DNA of 63,884 nt, filler included, from Octopus bimaculoides (Eukaryota): the NCBI RefSeq assembly GCF_001194135.2. It is 4 parts of 4 records of this genome, joined end to end, with 100 filler letters (N's around TTAATTAATTAA, not from the genome) between each part and the next. Parts side by side here need not be neighbours in the genome. Positions count along the whole stretch, not along the records: positions 32,916 to 63,884 come from NC_068996.1; 3 more parts are not named here. One strand, given 5' to 3'. Positions 37,978 through 51,229 of the stretch are shown piece after piece (positions within the stretch are counted from its first letter, which is position 1; each line of letters starts with the position of its first letter). A program made the position numbers and the translations under genes. Under the pieces are notes generated by a model that saw only the letters and a list, made by a program, of their open reading frames with translations, was not told the origin of the DNA and ran no database searches.

Positions 37978-39159
37978 TACTTTTTATCTTTGTTCAAAAA
38001 CCGCCACCTTTGTACTATAGCAATATGAACGATCGACTTGTCTAAAGAGAAACATCTATTTGCCCACCACGCAGGAATGCTTGTCTCGAAGCATATATTA
38101 GTCACCGTGGTGCTTCACGAAGCAATATCTTCATATTCAGTTTTCTGCCATTCTTTTCCTCGATTGATTTTCTTTGCGATTTAAGTCGTATGTCTCAAAT
38201 ATTTACAACTATTTGTAAGTCTGTGAAGAAATCACTCATGAATTCTCGATTAAAATTAAGAAGACTCTCTCTCTCTCTCTCTCCCTCCGCCTTTCTCTCT
38301 CTCACTTTCATTCTCAATCCTTCATTGTTTCTGTCTTAATGTATACACGCATGCGTGCACAAACACACTCGCTCACGCGCACTTGTACAAACTCATATAT
38401 TTTAAACATCGAATAGCAGTCTCTATCAACCATATACCGTTGTCCTTCAGCGCGCTGATAGATCCAGCACTGAGATACCCCTCATACCCAATCAGATGCG
38501 TTGAACTGGGCACCTTTCTAAGATGAGGATGGTAGTCACATGGAGTTGCATCGTGGTAAACGTCCGAGACATACACCTGAGAAATGCTTTAGGTATGCTG
38601 TCAAAAAAAAAAAAAAAAAACAAGTTCTTATGGTTCTAAGTGCTGATATCGAAGACTGGGTACAGAAAATGGAAAATCGATCAGTTTGGAAAGAAGGGAT
38701 CTATTTCTAAATTCGATGGCTCAATTAGTTACATGAAACTTTTGCATGAACTGTAAATAAGCAATAAGTATTATGATTTTTAAAATAAGTATAAGTGATA
38801 CAGGGTGTCCCAACTGAATGTGGTGTGGAAAAGAATTTTAAGCATTCGAAGTATGAGTTCATTGCATTGGGGCACACTTCTTAAATACGTTCTGGAATCA
38901 AAAATTTATGTAGTGTCATCGAAAAATTTTAACTGAAAAAATGCAGAATTTGGTCCGCTGGTCGTGAGAATCAAATATTGATCGCTTCGCTAAAAACTAA
39001 CAACTGTAAGTGCAGGTACTATGGGTTATTTCTCTTGAGTGCTTAGAAAAAATATTGTGCAGGTGCTATGGTTATTTCCCTTGGCTGTTTAAAAAATAAA
39101 TTAGTTATATGAGGTAGATATAAAGATCCCTTCCAGGGGCCGTATTATTGATTTTTTCC

Positions 39160-39304
39160 AACTATCTAAGTATATCACGAGGTTTTCAGACATAAGTTCT
39201 ACTCAGGTGTCAAGTTTCATCAAAATCAATAAAACGATGTAGGAAGAGTTAGCTAACAATGCCACAAACAAACACACACCGATTTTCCATATATGTAGTA
39301 GAAT

Positions 39305-39305
<1 letters not shown>
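39160..39305 (+). mobile_element. Possible non-autonomous Helitron/Helentron-like fragment
   Basis: aagtttcatcaaaatc...acaaacaaac...tatatgtag pattern recalled from such elements; similar aaatcggacaagtggtttt text at ~44085 and a CTAG-ending segment at 40618-40652. No coding evidence. Confidence 0.3.
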
Positions 39306-39341
<36 letters not shown>

Positions 39342-40337
39342 NNNNNNNNNNNNNNNNNNNNNNNNNNNNNNNNNNNNNNNNNNNNNNNNNNNNNNNNNNN
39401 NNNNNNNNNNNNNNNNNNNNNNNNNNNNNNNNNNNNNNNNNNNNNNNNNNNNNNNNNNNNNNNNNNNNNNNNNNNNNNNNNNNNNNNNNNNNNNNNNNNN
39501 NNNNNNNNNNNNNNNNNNNNNNNNNNNNNNNNNNNNNNNNNNNNNNNNNNNNNNNNNNNNNNNNNNNNNNNNNNNNNNNNNNNNNNNNNNNNNNNNNNNN
39601 NNNNNNNNNNNNNNNNNNNNNNNNNNNNNNNNNNNNNNNNNNNNNNNNNNNNNNNNNNNNNNNNNNNNNNNNNNNNNNNNNNNNNNNNNNNNNNNNNNNN
39701 NNNNNNNNNNNNNNNNNNNNNNNNNNNNNNNNNNNNNNNNNNNNNNNNNNNNNNNNNNNNNNNNNNNNNNNNNNNNNNNNNNNNNNNNNNNNNNNNNNNN
39801 NNNNNNNNNNNNNNNNNNNNNNNNNNNNNNNNNNNNNNNNNNNNNNNNNNNNNNNNNNNNNNNNNNNNNNNNNNNNNNNNNNNNNNNNNNNNNNNNNNNN
39901 NNNNNNNNNNNNNNNNNNNNNNNNNNNNNNNNNNNNNNNNNNNNNNNNNNNNNNNNNNNNNNNNNNNNNNNNNNNNNNNNNNNNNNNNNNNNNNNNNNNN
40001 NNNNNNNNNNNNNNNNNNNNNNNNNNNNNNNNNNNNNNNNNNNNNNNNNNNNNNNNNNNNNNNNNNNNNNNNNNNNNNNNNNNNNNNNNNNNNNNNNNNN
40101 NNNNNNNNNNNNNNNNNNNNNNNNNNNNNNNNNNNNNNNNNNNNNNNNNNNNNNNNNNNNNNNNNNNNNNNNNNNNNNNNNNNNNNNNNNNNNNNNNNNN
40201 NNNNNNNNNNNNNNNNNNNNNNNNNNNNNNNNNNNNNNNNNNNNNNNNNNNNNNNNNNNNNNNNNNNNNNNNNNNNNNNNNNNNNNNNNNNNNNNNNNNT
40301 GTGTGTGTGTGTGTGTGTGTGTGTATCCACGTGTCTG

Positions 40338-40370
<33 letters not shown>

Positions 40371-41515
40371 ATGTGTGTGTGTATACCTGCATATATTTGT
40401 ATGTATGTAAATGACCATGTATTTGTAAATTAGCCATAAAATAAAAAAAATCATGGTTGTAGACGTTTGTCTATAATCTGTCACATTCGATTCGGTTACA
40501 GGCACCAAGAATCTCGTAGTAAGCAGAGGGGGTGGGAATGCATCTGAGTTCCTATTTTAAGATAACACCAATATGATACGATAACCTTTTCAATTAAAAT
40601 GTAAAAATTTAGATAAAGGCGACAACCTTCAAGCAGACGATAATTTGCTAGTATTAACGAACTATAATGAAAAAGGTACTAGTTATTTAAAAGTGACAAT
40701 AGTGGGATGGGGAAGGAAACATGTTCTGTTCTCTGAGTACATTTAATTTATTGTAGATTGTGAGGTTAAGGAGCATCTTGAATAAAAGAGGTAGAAGATC
40801 AGTCTGAATGAGATCAATTTCATTCCAATTTTGTAACACACAACTGTGAAATTAAAAAATATATCGGGTGTGTGCTTCTAAATCATATACACACTCTTTC
40901 GCTCTCTCCCGCTTTTATTTCCTCTTTTCCTTCTTTATTCTCCTCTCACCCTCCTCCATCATTTACTACATCTTTTCCTTATAATGTATCATTTGTTTTT
41001 TGCTTTTGTTATTATTTCTTTCCGTTTCTTTTCACTTGTCTCTATCCATCTCATAAATATACTTTCATGATAAGCGCCCTCGATTTTTTCTGTTTTTTTT
41101 TTCTGTCTGTGTGATCACATTCGCTAACTAACACCGTAAGCATTCAGTTAAAACATAATAACTATATTGCTACACAATTCTCATAAACACATACATGTAA
41201 ATGTCCGCATATTCACGTGCGCGTGCAAGTATATACACACTGATCGAATATCAACATATTTAGGGGATTTATTCACACGCACACACAGATATGTATATAT
41301 ATATATATATATNNNNNNNNNNNNNNNNNNNNNNNNNNNNNNNNNNNNNNNNNNNNNNNNNNNNNNNNNNNNNNNNNNNNNNNNNNNNNNNNNNNNNNNN
41401 NNNNNNNNNNNNNNNNNNNNNNNNNNNNNNNNNNNNNNNNNNNNNNNNNNNNNNNNNNNNNNNNNNNNNNNNNNNNNNNNNNNNNNNNNNNNNNNNNNNN
41501 NNNNNNNNNNNNNNN

Positions 41516-41552
<37 letters not shown>

Positions 41553-41609
41553 AGATAGATAGATAGATAACTTTCTTTTATTAGCCACACAAAGCTGCAC
41601 ACAGAGGGG

Positions 41610-41654
<45 letters not shown>

Positions 41655-41745
41655 TGTAGTTGGTATATGTTTCAATCGGGATGGCGTAGAGATCCACACT
41701 TTTATCCGAAACAACGTGTAGGTGTGGAAAAGTTCCTTATGTTAG

Positions 41746-42219
41746 ATATAATCTTGGAGACGCCCTTCTGGAAAGAATTGGTTTTATTGGAGAACTTGAC
41801 TTTTTTTTATCATTCGAAGCGGGTCCTTTTCAAAGTTAGCCAAAGCAGGGTTAAGCGTTAGATTTTGTGAGTTTTTAGGTGGTAAGAGTCATTATCCTTA
41901 AAGGGGTTTTAGGCATTGGATTTGGGGACACAGTAGAGAGCCCTCCACATGATTCGAGAAATAAGGTCATTTGTTTTCTGGAGAAAGAACTCCAAAAGAA
42001 AACAAATGAATTTAATACTCGAATGATGTGGAGGGCACTCTAAAATTACCTAAAATCAAGTATCTCTAATCTCCCTAAGGACAATCGCTCTTAAAACCTA
42101 AAATCTCTCAAAAAACACTGCATCGGCAAACTTTGAAATGGACCAACTTTGAATTATAAAAATTATTAAGCTTTCTAATAAAACCAATTCTTTCTAAAAG
42201 AACCTCTCCAGGATTATAT
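41746..42219. mobile_element. Foldback (fully palindromic) MITE-like element, ~235-bp imperfect arms
   Basis: 41746-41795 pairs with 42168-42219; 41934-41958 pairs with 42018-42042 (near perfect); inner stem closes on a ~6-nt loop near 41980. Confidence 0.8.
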
Positions 42220-43360
42220 GTATATACATAAGTATATACACATACATACATGCATACATATATACATATATACATACACACACACATATATACTGACAAA
42301 CATGATGTATATGTGTATATATATTATAATATTATGAATTTATTAAATATATTAATATTAAATATGTGCGTTCATGATTGTTCCTGTTGTATTGAAATAA
42401 TTGTATCGGCAGAATTAAAAATAATACCATAAATTGTAATCCTTGATTTAATATATTTATTTGCACATATTAGCATGTATATGCATACACATTTCTCTGC
42501 TTGCGCATATGTATATATATAAANNNNNNNNNNNNNNNNNNNNNNNNNNNNNNNNNNNNNNNNNNNNNNNNNNNNNNNNNNNNNNNNNNNNNNNNNNNNN
42601 NNNNNNNNNNNNNNNNNNNNNNNNNNNNNNNNNNNNNNNNNNNNNNNNNNNNNNNNNNNNNNNNNNNNNNNNNNNNNNNNNNNNNNNNNNNNNNNNNNNN
42701 NNNNNNNNNNNNNNNNNNNNNNNNNNNNNNNNNNNNNNNNNNNNNNNNNNNNNNNNNNNNNNNNNNNNNNNNNNNNNNNNNNNNNNNNNNNNNNNNNNNN
42801 NNNNNNNNNNNNNNNNNNNNNNNNNNNNNNNNNNNNNNNNNNNNNNNNNNNNNNNNNNNNNNNNNNNNNNNNNNNNNNNNNNNNNNNNNNNNNNNNNNNN
42901 NNNNNNNNNNNNNNNNNNNNNNNNNNNNNNNNNNNNNNNNNNNNNNNNNNNNNNNNNNNNNNNNNNNNNNNNNNNNNNNNNNNNNNNNNNNNNNNNNNNN
43001 NNNNNNNNNNNNNNNNNNNNNNNNNNNNNNNNNNNNNNNNNNNNNNATATATACATGCATAATTAAGGATAACATCATTAAAAAATGAACGATTTTATCA
43101 GTGGCCAGCATATAATAAAAAACTATATAGGTAAAGTCAATATATAAATATATAATTAAATATATAATAAAGACTAGTATGTAATTAAATATATAATTAA
43201 AATACACATATATACCCATACAAATACACGCGTATAAATACGAATATATACATATATTTACACGTATATACGAGGCAACTCTTATTGTCCATCTCAAACC
43301 CGTATGTATTTGATCAGAATAATACAGCAGTAAATATAGTGACCGGAGTGAATAAATATA

Positions 43361-43623
43361 CAGTAATCTCTTGACTATCGCAGGTGTTACGTTCCAAAAC
43401 CCCCGCGATAAGTGAAAATCCGCGAAGTAGAAACAGTATTATACTGTATATTTTTAAAAATTATTTTTATAATTTGTATATATTCATTTTATTATAAATG
43501 CAACACAACACCACGGAGGAATCGACGTAAGCTTAAATAATAAACCGCGATAGGCGAACCGCGATAGGTAACCGTGATAGGCGAACCGCGATAGGCGAAC
43601 CGCGATATGGCAAGGGATTACTG
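43361..43623. mobile_element. pogo/Tigger-like MITE with TA target-site duplication
   Basis: TA|CAGTAATCTCTTGACTATCGC...GCGATATGGCAAGGGATTACTG|TA; internal tandem AACCGCGATAGGCG repeats at ~43543-43606. Confidence 0.85.
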
Positions 43624-45733
43624 TACATGTATACATAATTAAGGATAACATCATTAAAAATTAATGATTTTATCAGTGGCCAACATAATAAAAAAACCAT
43701 ACAGATAAAATCAATATATTAATATATAATTATCTATAATACATTAAAAGTCAGTTTGAATCTTTCTTGCAATACTACCGAGCCAAATTGGTGCATAATG
43801 GGAAAATACTATGAATTAATTTCGTGTGTGTTTTGTGTGCAAGATTCTTGATGTGAATACGTGTGTTGAAAGAAATACAATTAAACCTTGGGAGAGGCAT
43901 TATGCCGGTAATAAGCACACGCACTGGTTCGGTCCTTTATTTATTTATAAACAGTATTTAGTTGTTTTTTTTTTGTTTTTTTTTTGTTAGTTCATTTCAT
44001 TGCACTCTTGCAGTCTCTTCAGTAACCCGTCTCTCCACTTACCCTGAAATGTTAATACGAACGGAATAAAAAAAGTTTCGCGTAAATCGGACAAGTGGTT
44101 TTTAAGATATTAGAGGTTTTCGGGTTATAAATACCCTAAACGGTGCATAATAGGAAAATATTCCGAAATTATCTTAATCCTGAAAGGGAAGAAACTCGCA
44201 NNNNNNNNNNNNNNNNNNNNNNNNNNNNNNNNNNNNNNNNNNNNNNNNNNNNNNNNNNNNNNNNNNNNNNNNNNNNNNNNNNNNNNNNNNNNNNNNNNNN
44301 NNNNNNNNNNNNNNNNNNNNNNNNNNNNNNNNNNNNNNNNNNNNNNNNNNNNNNNNNNNNNNNNNNNNNNNNNNNNNNNNNNNNNNNNNNNNNNNNNNNN
44401 NNNNNNNNNNNNNNNNNNNNNNNNNNNNNNNNNNNNNNNNNNNNNNNNNNNNNNNNNNNNNNNNNNNNNNNNNNNNNNNNNNNNNNNNNNNNNNNNNNNN
44501 NNNNNNNNNNNNNNNNNNNNNNNNNNNNNNNNNNNNNNNNNNNNNNNNNNNNNNNNNNNNNNNNNNNNNNNNNNNNNNNNNNNNNNNNNNNNNNNNNNNN
44601 NNNNNNNNNNNNNNNNNNNNNNNNNNNNNNNNNNNNNNNNNNNNNNNNNNNNNNNNNNNNNNNNNNNNNNNNNNNNNNNNNNNNNNNNNNNNNNNNNNNN
44701 NNNNNNNNNNNNNNNNNNNNNNNNNNNNNNNNNNNNNNNNNNNNNNNNNNNNNNNNNNNNNNNNNNNNNNNNNNNNNNNNNNNNNNNNTATATATATATA
44801 TATATATATGTGGTGGAAGAAGTTTGCATAAGATCCATAATGTGCATTAGTTTCCGTCGTTAATTTCATTGTTTAGCCTCGGGTCGGCGCTAAGTCAGCG
44901 GATCACACACCAAAGGTACTTCCGCCTTTTCTTCTCCTTACTAAATTAGGTTTAACCTGCAGTTTCATATTCAATGGCAGTACTGACGTGTCGTACGGCT
45001 TGGTTACTTTTCTTGATTTAAGATAGCAATATGTATAAGATTTAACCTCTGATTCTATTAGGTCGAGTGACTATACAGAAAGCACTCCGTTAGCTTGAGG
45101 GACTCTCCATTTTTTTCTTTCTTTCCAAAATGGACATCTCCATCTACCAACGTATGCATACGATGCGAAAACTATATTGCACGAGTTTCCAATTTACGGC
45201 AGTTTAAATCAAGATTTTAAGAATACCTTTATTTTATTACCACGGAAATAGAATGAGGGACAAAAATTAAAGACTACCAGATTCTTACAATTTATTATTC
45301 CCATGGAGATTCTTTTACGAAATTATTCTTTACTGTAATCATAATACAACCACACCTATTTAAGGAAACGGTTTCACGTTGATTCGTAACAGGGAATCGT
45401 AAAATTTGATATTATTGAAACAGCTTATTAACTTGGGAAAAGTCAAATTTCTGTCACTGTCTTTTCTCATACATCTCATTAGAGAATGCTTTCAGCATCC
45501 GCAACGATTCGCCTCATTCTGGTGATAAGAAAACGTCAGTTGAATATTTGTATTATCAACCTCTTTAATTTTTCTTATCAAAGACCTCATACCAAGAATA
45601 GCTCCTTCGTTATTGCCCCTTTTTTCCATACCAGTTCAGCCCTCCAACGGAGTAAGAATATACTTTAACCCCTATTAACTTGTTTTTACTAAAAGACCTT
45701 TACATATATGTTTCTAGACAGATGTAGATATAG

Positions 45734-45781
<48 letters not shown>

Positions 45782-46276
45782 ATATACATATATATATATA
45801 TATATATATANNNNNNNNNNNNNNNNNNNNNNNNNNNNNNNNNNNNNNNNNNNNNNNNNNNNNNNNNNNNNNNNNNNNNNNNNNNNNNNNNNNNNNNNNN
45901 NNNNNNNNNNNNNNNNNNNNNNNNNNATATATAGGAATGTGCATAGACACACGCACACACACAGACACACACATACGCACACACAATGTGGTTGAGGGTT
46001 TAGTGTTAGACATTTACTACAGGAGGCTTGTTACATGATTTTTAAGAATATTTTTCGCTATTAATCATTTTTGTTTCTTTTTTATTTATTTTTTATTGTA
46101 TATTTTCTTATTCTTTTGTTTTCCTTTTTTGTTTTATTATTTTATTTATCAGTTCCCTAATTTGACGTTTAAGTGTTTCAATTACAAGAAGAATAATCAG
46201 AAAATTGATGGCGACCTTTCCCCGCTTTACAATTAATCCTAGACTGAAAGAAAGGTTAATTACTTTGCTTTATCTT

Positions 46277-46445
46277 GCAGGCGTGGCTGTGTGGAAAGAA
46301 GCTTGCTTCCCAACCACATGATTCCGGGTTCAGTCCCACTGCGTGGCACCCTGGGCAAGTGTCTTCTTCTATAGCCTCGGGCCAACCAAAGCCTTATAAG
46401 TGGATTTGGTAGACGGAAACTGGAAGAAAGCCCGTCGTATATATG

Positions 46446-46515
<70 letters not shown>

Positions 46516-46527
46516 TGTATGTATATA

Positions 46528-46559
<32 letters not shown>

Positions 46560-46790
46560 AATGTCTGTATGTATGTGTTTGTTTGTTGTCTGTGTTTGTC
46601 CCCCTACCATCGCTTGACAACCGATGTTGGTGTGTTTTACGTCCCCGTCAACTAGCAGTTCGGCAAAAAGAGACCGAGAGAATAAATACTAGGCTTACAA
46701 AGAATAAGTCCCATAGTCGATTTATTCGACTAAAGGTGGTGCTCTAGCATGGCCGCAGTTAAATGACTGAAAAAGTAAAAGTGTAAAAGA
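46277..46790 (+). mobile_element. SINE family A, full length, with expanded internal (AT)/(GT) microsatellite
   Basis: A box TGGCTGTGTGG, B box GGTTCAGTCCC, complete tail. Confidence 0.93.
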
Positions 46791-46969
46791 GCAGACGCCA
46801 TTGAGGGAGAACCTCTGCATGGACTCTTGGCAGGTTAGAAAAAAACAACAGACAAACCTCACTTGATTCCTTGGTAACCGTTTTGTTTTTCTTACAAAGG
46901 GAGACTACATAATTTAGTCCTATGTAAAGCTTTAAAAATAAAAGACTGTATCAACCAAAGTTTTCATTT

Positions 46970-47411
46970 TTCTTCTTCTAACTTTTACTTCGTTCAGTCA
47001 TTGGACTCCGGCCATGCTGGAGCATCACCTTGAAGGGTTTGATCGAACAAATTGATCCCAGCACTTATTTTTATTTTTAAAGTCTAGTACTTATTCTATT
47101 GGTCACTTACGCCAAACTGTTAAGTTACGGTGACGTGAACAAACCGGTTGTCAAGCCGTCTGATGGAGCACAAACACCGATACAAAGACACCGCGATATG
47201 TACATACATACATAATACATACATACGTAGCTGTGTGTTTATATGAAAGACAAGCTTCTTTCAATTTCCATCTACCAAATCCACTTACAAAGTATTAGTC
47301 GATCCAGGCTATTTGTATTATAGTAAGACACTTGTGCAACGTACTGCGCAGTCGGACTGAACCTGGAACCTCGCAGTTCAAAGCGAGTCTTAACTGCACA
47401 GCTATGCCTAC
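46970..47411 (-). mobile_element. SINE family A, older diverged full-length copy
   Basis: cagtcattggactccggccatgctggagc...ctaccaaatccacttacaaag...ggactgaacctggaacc...cacagctatgcc. Confidence 0.8.
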
Positions 47412-48369
47412 ATACAGTAAGTAAACTATATATAAGTCCCCAAATTTGATTTCTCAGAACGTCGTTATGAACTGCTTCACAAAAGTAGAATGAGAAACAA
47501 AATTAAGACGTACCATCTTCTCACAATCTTTTGTTCTGTCTGTTATTGTTTCATTACCTACAATACATGTGGAGATCGCTTGGGAAAATTACTTTTAGGC
47601 TGTTTTAAAAAAAAATGATGATCATGGTTTGAAGACTCTTCATAGGAGGAATTCCAACCATGTTTGCCACTTCAACAGCCCCTTTATAGGATCCAGTGAC
47701 TAAAGACATCATCAGGAGGAACCACGTCCGGTTTCGGACCCTACTCCTCTACCGTTTTCGACGTGGCGGGGTCCCTCTTTTCGGAGGTGTCTTCAGCTCT
47801 GGTGTTGAGTACATTTTTTCTTTCTCCGTTTAACTTCTGATCCCTGGCCTCTTCGATGCAGCGTCAACGAGTGTGAGCGGACGACTGACCATCCTTCCAA
47901 ATTTCCCTTTAAATACTCGCTGGTAGGCTCCAGCAGCCAGCACCGGCTAGTTGTCCCGAGACAGTGTTTAAACTTCAGCTAACCAATAGAGGAGAAGGGT
48001 GCATAGTTTTGGCCCACGCCCTCTCTAAACCTGCCTTCCAACAGTGTCGTGTTAGTTTGAGTTTCAGCAGCCTGAGCCGACCAGCTGTTTGGTGGTACAA
48101 GCCTTCGAACCAGGAGGAGGAGGGGATGCCATGAACGAGACCGCTACCTGTCAATCAGCGATGCTGCTTAAGTGTCAGCCAATCTGACCTAGCGATGCTA
48201 TTTCCCAGCCGGCATGCTATGGCTTTCAAGCCATTTTACTGCATCACAAACAACGAAAGTAGTTAAATAAAACCAACCGCCGGAAGCGATTCTTTGATCT
48301 AAAATTACTCTAAATATGACAACCACTATCCTTCTTCTATATTTTAATGGTATTATCAAATGAATTGCT

Positions 48370-48560
48370 TAAGGCAGAATCGTTACCGCACAGAACAAAA
48401 GTGCTTTGTGCGTCCTGATTTCCGGCGTTTTACGTTCTCATTACAAATGCCGTCGAGGCTGGCTTTAGCTTTCATCCTTTTGAGATGGATAAAATAATTA
48501 CAAGTTGAACACTGCGGTCCATTCAGGGTTGCCGATCTTGTGCTAAATTTAGAAAAAATT
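48370..48560 (+). mobile_element. SINE family B, very diverged
   Basis: ggcagaatcgtta...gctttcatccttttgagatggataaa. Confidence 0.6.
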
Positions 48561-48900
48561 CTCTGAGTTATTCACTATGTCAATAACAAACACCTGCACT
48601 GGTTCAATTTCACTTCTTTTTTTATTATTCAATTTATTCAATTTATTATTCAATTTATTTAGTTATTTAACTAATTAATTAATCGATTATTTGATTAATC
48701 ATTCGGTTAATTAAGTTCTTTCGTCGCTATTCGCAACATCTTCAATGACAAGTTCTTTCGACTCCAGGTCGGTTTCCTTTATTAGAAACGAGCTCGTTTA
48801 TATATAGAATTCAAATAATTAAGAGAGAATGAAATCATACAGAGCATAAGCAAGTCTAGATACGTACACGCATCCATCAATGTTTACACGCAGATATATT

Positions 48901-49265
48901 GATTTCAAATTTTGACACAAGGCCAGCAATTTCGGAGGGGATGAGGTAAGTCGATTACATCGACCCCAGTGCGTAACTGATACTTATTTTATCGACCCGA
49001 TAGGACGAAAGGCAAAGTCGAGCTCGGTTGAATTTGAACTCAGAACGTAAAGACGGACGAAATGCAGCTAAACGTTTTCACGGCGTGGTAACGGTTCTGC
49101 CAACTCACCGCATGGGGATATATTCTTTTCTACTCTATTTTTGGTTTTTGGGGGAAGGGGGCTAGTCGATTAAATCGACCCCAGTAGACAACTGATACTT
49201 AGTTTATTGACCCCGAAAGGATGAAAGGCAAAGTCGACCTCTGTGGAATTTGAACTCAGAACGTA
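48901..49265 (-). mobile_element. Two tandem family B SINE units (48901-49111 and 49119-49265)
   Basis: Two aaaggcaaagtcga...gaatttgaactcagaacgta blocks in tandem. Confidence 0.85.
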
Positions 49266-49315
49266 CGCACATTCATACATACCAAAGCATGCATGCGTAT
49301 GCATACACACGTTCA

Positions 49316-49353
<38 letters not shown>

Positions 49354-50084
49354 NNNNNNNNNNNNNNNNNNNNNNNNNNNNNNNNNNNNNNNNNNNNNNN
49401 NNNNNNNNNNNNNNNNNNNNNNNNNNNNNNNNNNNNNNNNNNNNNNNNNNNNNNNNNNNNNNNNNNNNNNNNNNNNNNNNNNNNNNNNNNNNNNNNNNNN
49501 NNNNNNNNNNNNNNNNNNNNNNNNNNNNNNNNNNNNNNNNNNNNNNNNNNNNNNNNNNNNNNNNNNNNNNNNNNNNNNNNNNNNNNNNNNNNNNNNNNNN
49601 NNNNNNNNNNNNNNNNNNNNNNNNNNNNNNNNNNNNNNNNNNNNNNNNNNNNNNNNNNNNNNNNNNNNNNNNNNNNNNNNNNNNNNNNNNNNNNNNNNNN
49701 NNNNNNNNNNNNNNNNNNNNNNNNNNNNNNNNNNNNNNNNNNNNNNNNNNNNNNNNNNNNNNNNNNNNNNNNNNNNNNNNNNNNNNNNNNNNNNNNNNNN
49801 NNNNNNNNNNNNNNNNNNNNNNNNNNNNNNNNNNNNNNNNNNNNNNNNNNNNNNNNNNNNNNNNNNNNNNNNNNNNNNNNNNNNNNNNNNNNNNNNNNNN
49901 NNNNNNNNNNNNNNNNNNNNNNNNNNNNNNNNNNNNNNNNNNNNNNNNNNNNNNNNNNNNNNNNNNNNNNNNNNNNNNNNNNNNNNNNNNNNNNNNNNNN
50001 NNNNNNNNNNNNNNNNNNNNNNNNNNNNNNNNNNNNNNNNNNNNNNNNNNNNNNNNNNNNNNNNNNNNNNNNNNNNNNNNNNNN

Positions 50085-50275
50085 ATATAAAATACAAAAA
50101 TGGGACAAGAACGCAAAGTATCCAGACAGTTAGGTGATACAAAAAGGGACAACAAAACATCCAGACAGACGATACAAAGAGAACAAGGACTGGTCATTCG
50201 GAGTTTTCTTTCCTCAGTCGAGGTCCAGATTATCTTTGCAATTTCGGCTGGTTACTCTATCCAGATTACAAGCTC
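50085..50275. mobile_element. Dispersed repeat distantly related to family D
   Basis: TGGGACAAGA start, A-rich stretch, then TTCCTCAG and TTTCG 24 nt apart, the same layout as family D. Confidence 0.4.
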
Positions 50276-51129
50276 ATACATACATACCTGGAAATATCTG
50301 TAAACCTTTCCATAAGTTTATCATTTAAGTATATATGTGCATGTCTAGACATGCAACTATCTGCATGAGTATACATAGATAAACCAAAGCAAACAAATCT
50401 GTATACGCACTGACTCGAAATACTGCACATTTACACACATATGTGCAAAAATCCCCTGTTGATGTTGTTGAACTTCCATTGAAGGAGCCTTGGATCTAAG
50501 CTGGAAGATAAGACTTTCTCTATTGACAAGAAATCTTGAAATAAAACTAAATAATGACATACATGCATACATACATAAATACATATATGCATACATGCAA
50601 ATATATATATATATANNNNNNNNNNNNNNNNNNNNNNNNNNNNNNNNNNNNNNNNNNNNNNNNNNNNNNNNNNNNNNNNNNNNNNNNNNNNNNNNNNNNN
50701 NNNNNNNNNNNNNNNNNNNNNNNNNNNNNNNNNNNNNNNNNNNNNNNNNNNNNNNNNNNNNNNNNNNNNNNNNNNNNNNNNNNNNNNNNNNNNNNNNNNN
50801 NNNNNNNNNNNNNNNNNNNNNNNNNNNNNNNNNNNNNNNNNNNNNNNNNNNNNNNNNNNNNNNNNNNNNNNNNNNNNNNNNNNNNNNNNNNNNNNNNNNN
50901 NNNNNNNNNNNNNNNNNNNNNNNNNNNNNNNNNNNNNNNNNNNNNNNNNNNNNNNNNNNNNNNNNNNNNNNNNNNNNNNNNNNNNNNNNNNNNNNNNNNN
51001 NNNNNNNNNNNNNNNNNNNNNNNNNNNNNNNNNNNNNNNNNNNNNNNNNNNNNNNNNNNNNNNNNNNNNNNNNNNNNNNNNNNNNNNNNNNNNNNNNNNN
51101 NNNNNNNNNNNNNNNNNNNNNNNNNNNNN

Positions 51130-51229
<100 letters not shown>

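Noticed and set aside
38797-38815. TACAGGGTGTCCC Tc1/mariner-like TIR
   Set aside because: No partner TIR or transposase remnant identified.
48715-48747. Hammerhead-like UUGAAGA-U-GUUGC/GCGAC-GAAA (minus strand)
   Set aside because: Stem II forms, but stem I does not pair and stem III is not palindromic.
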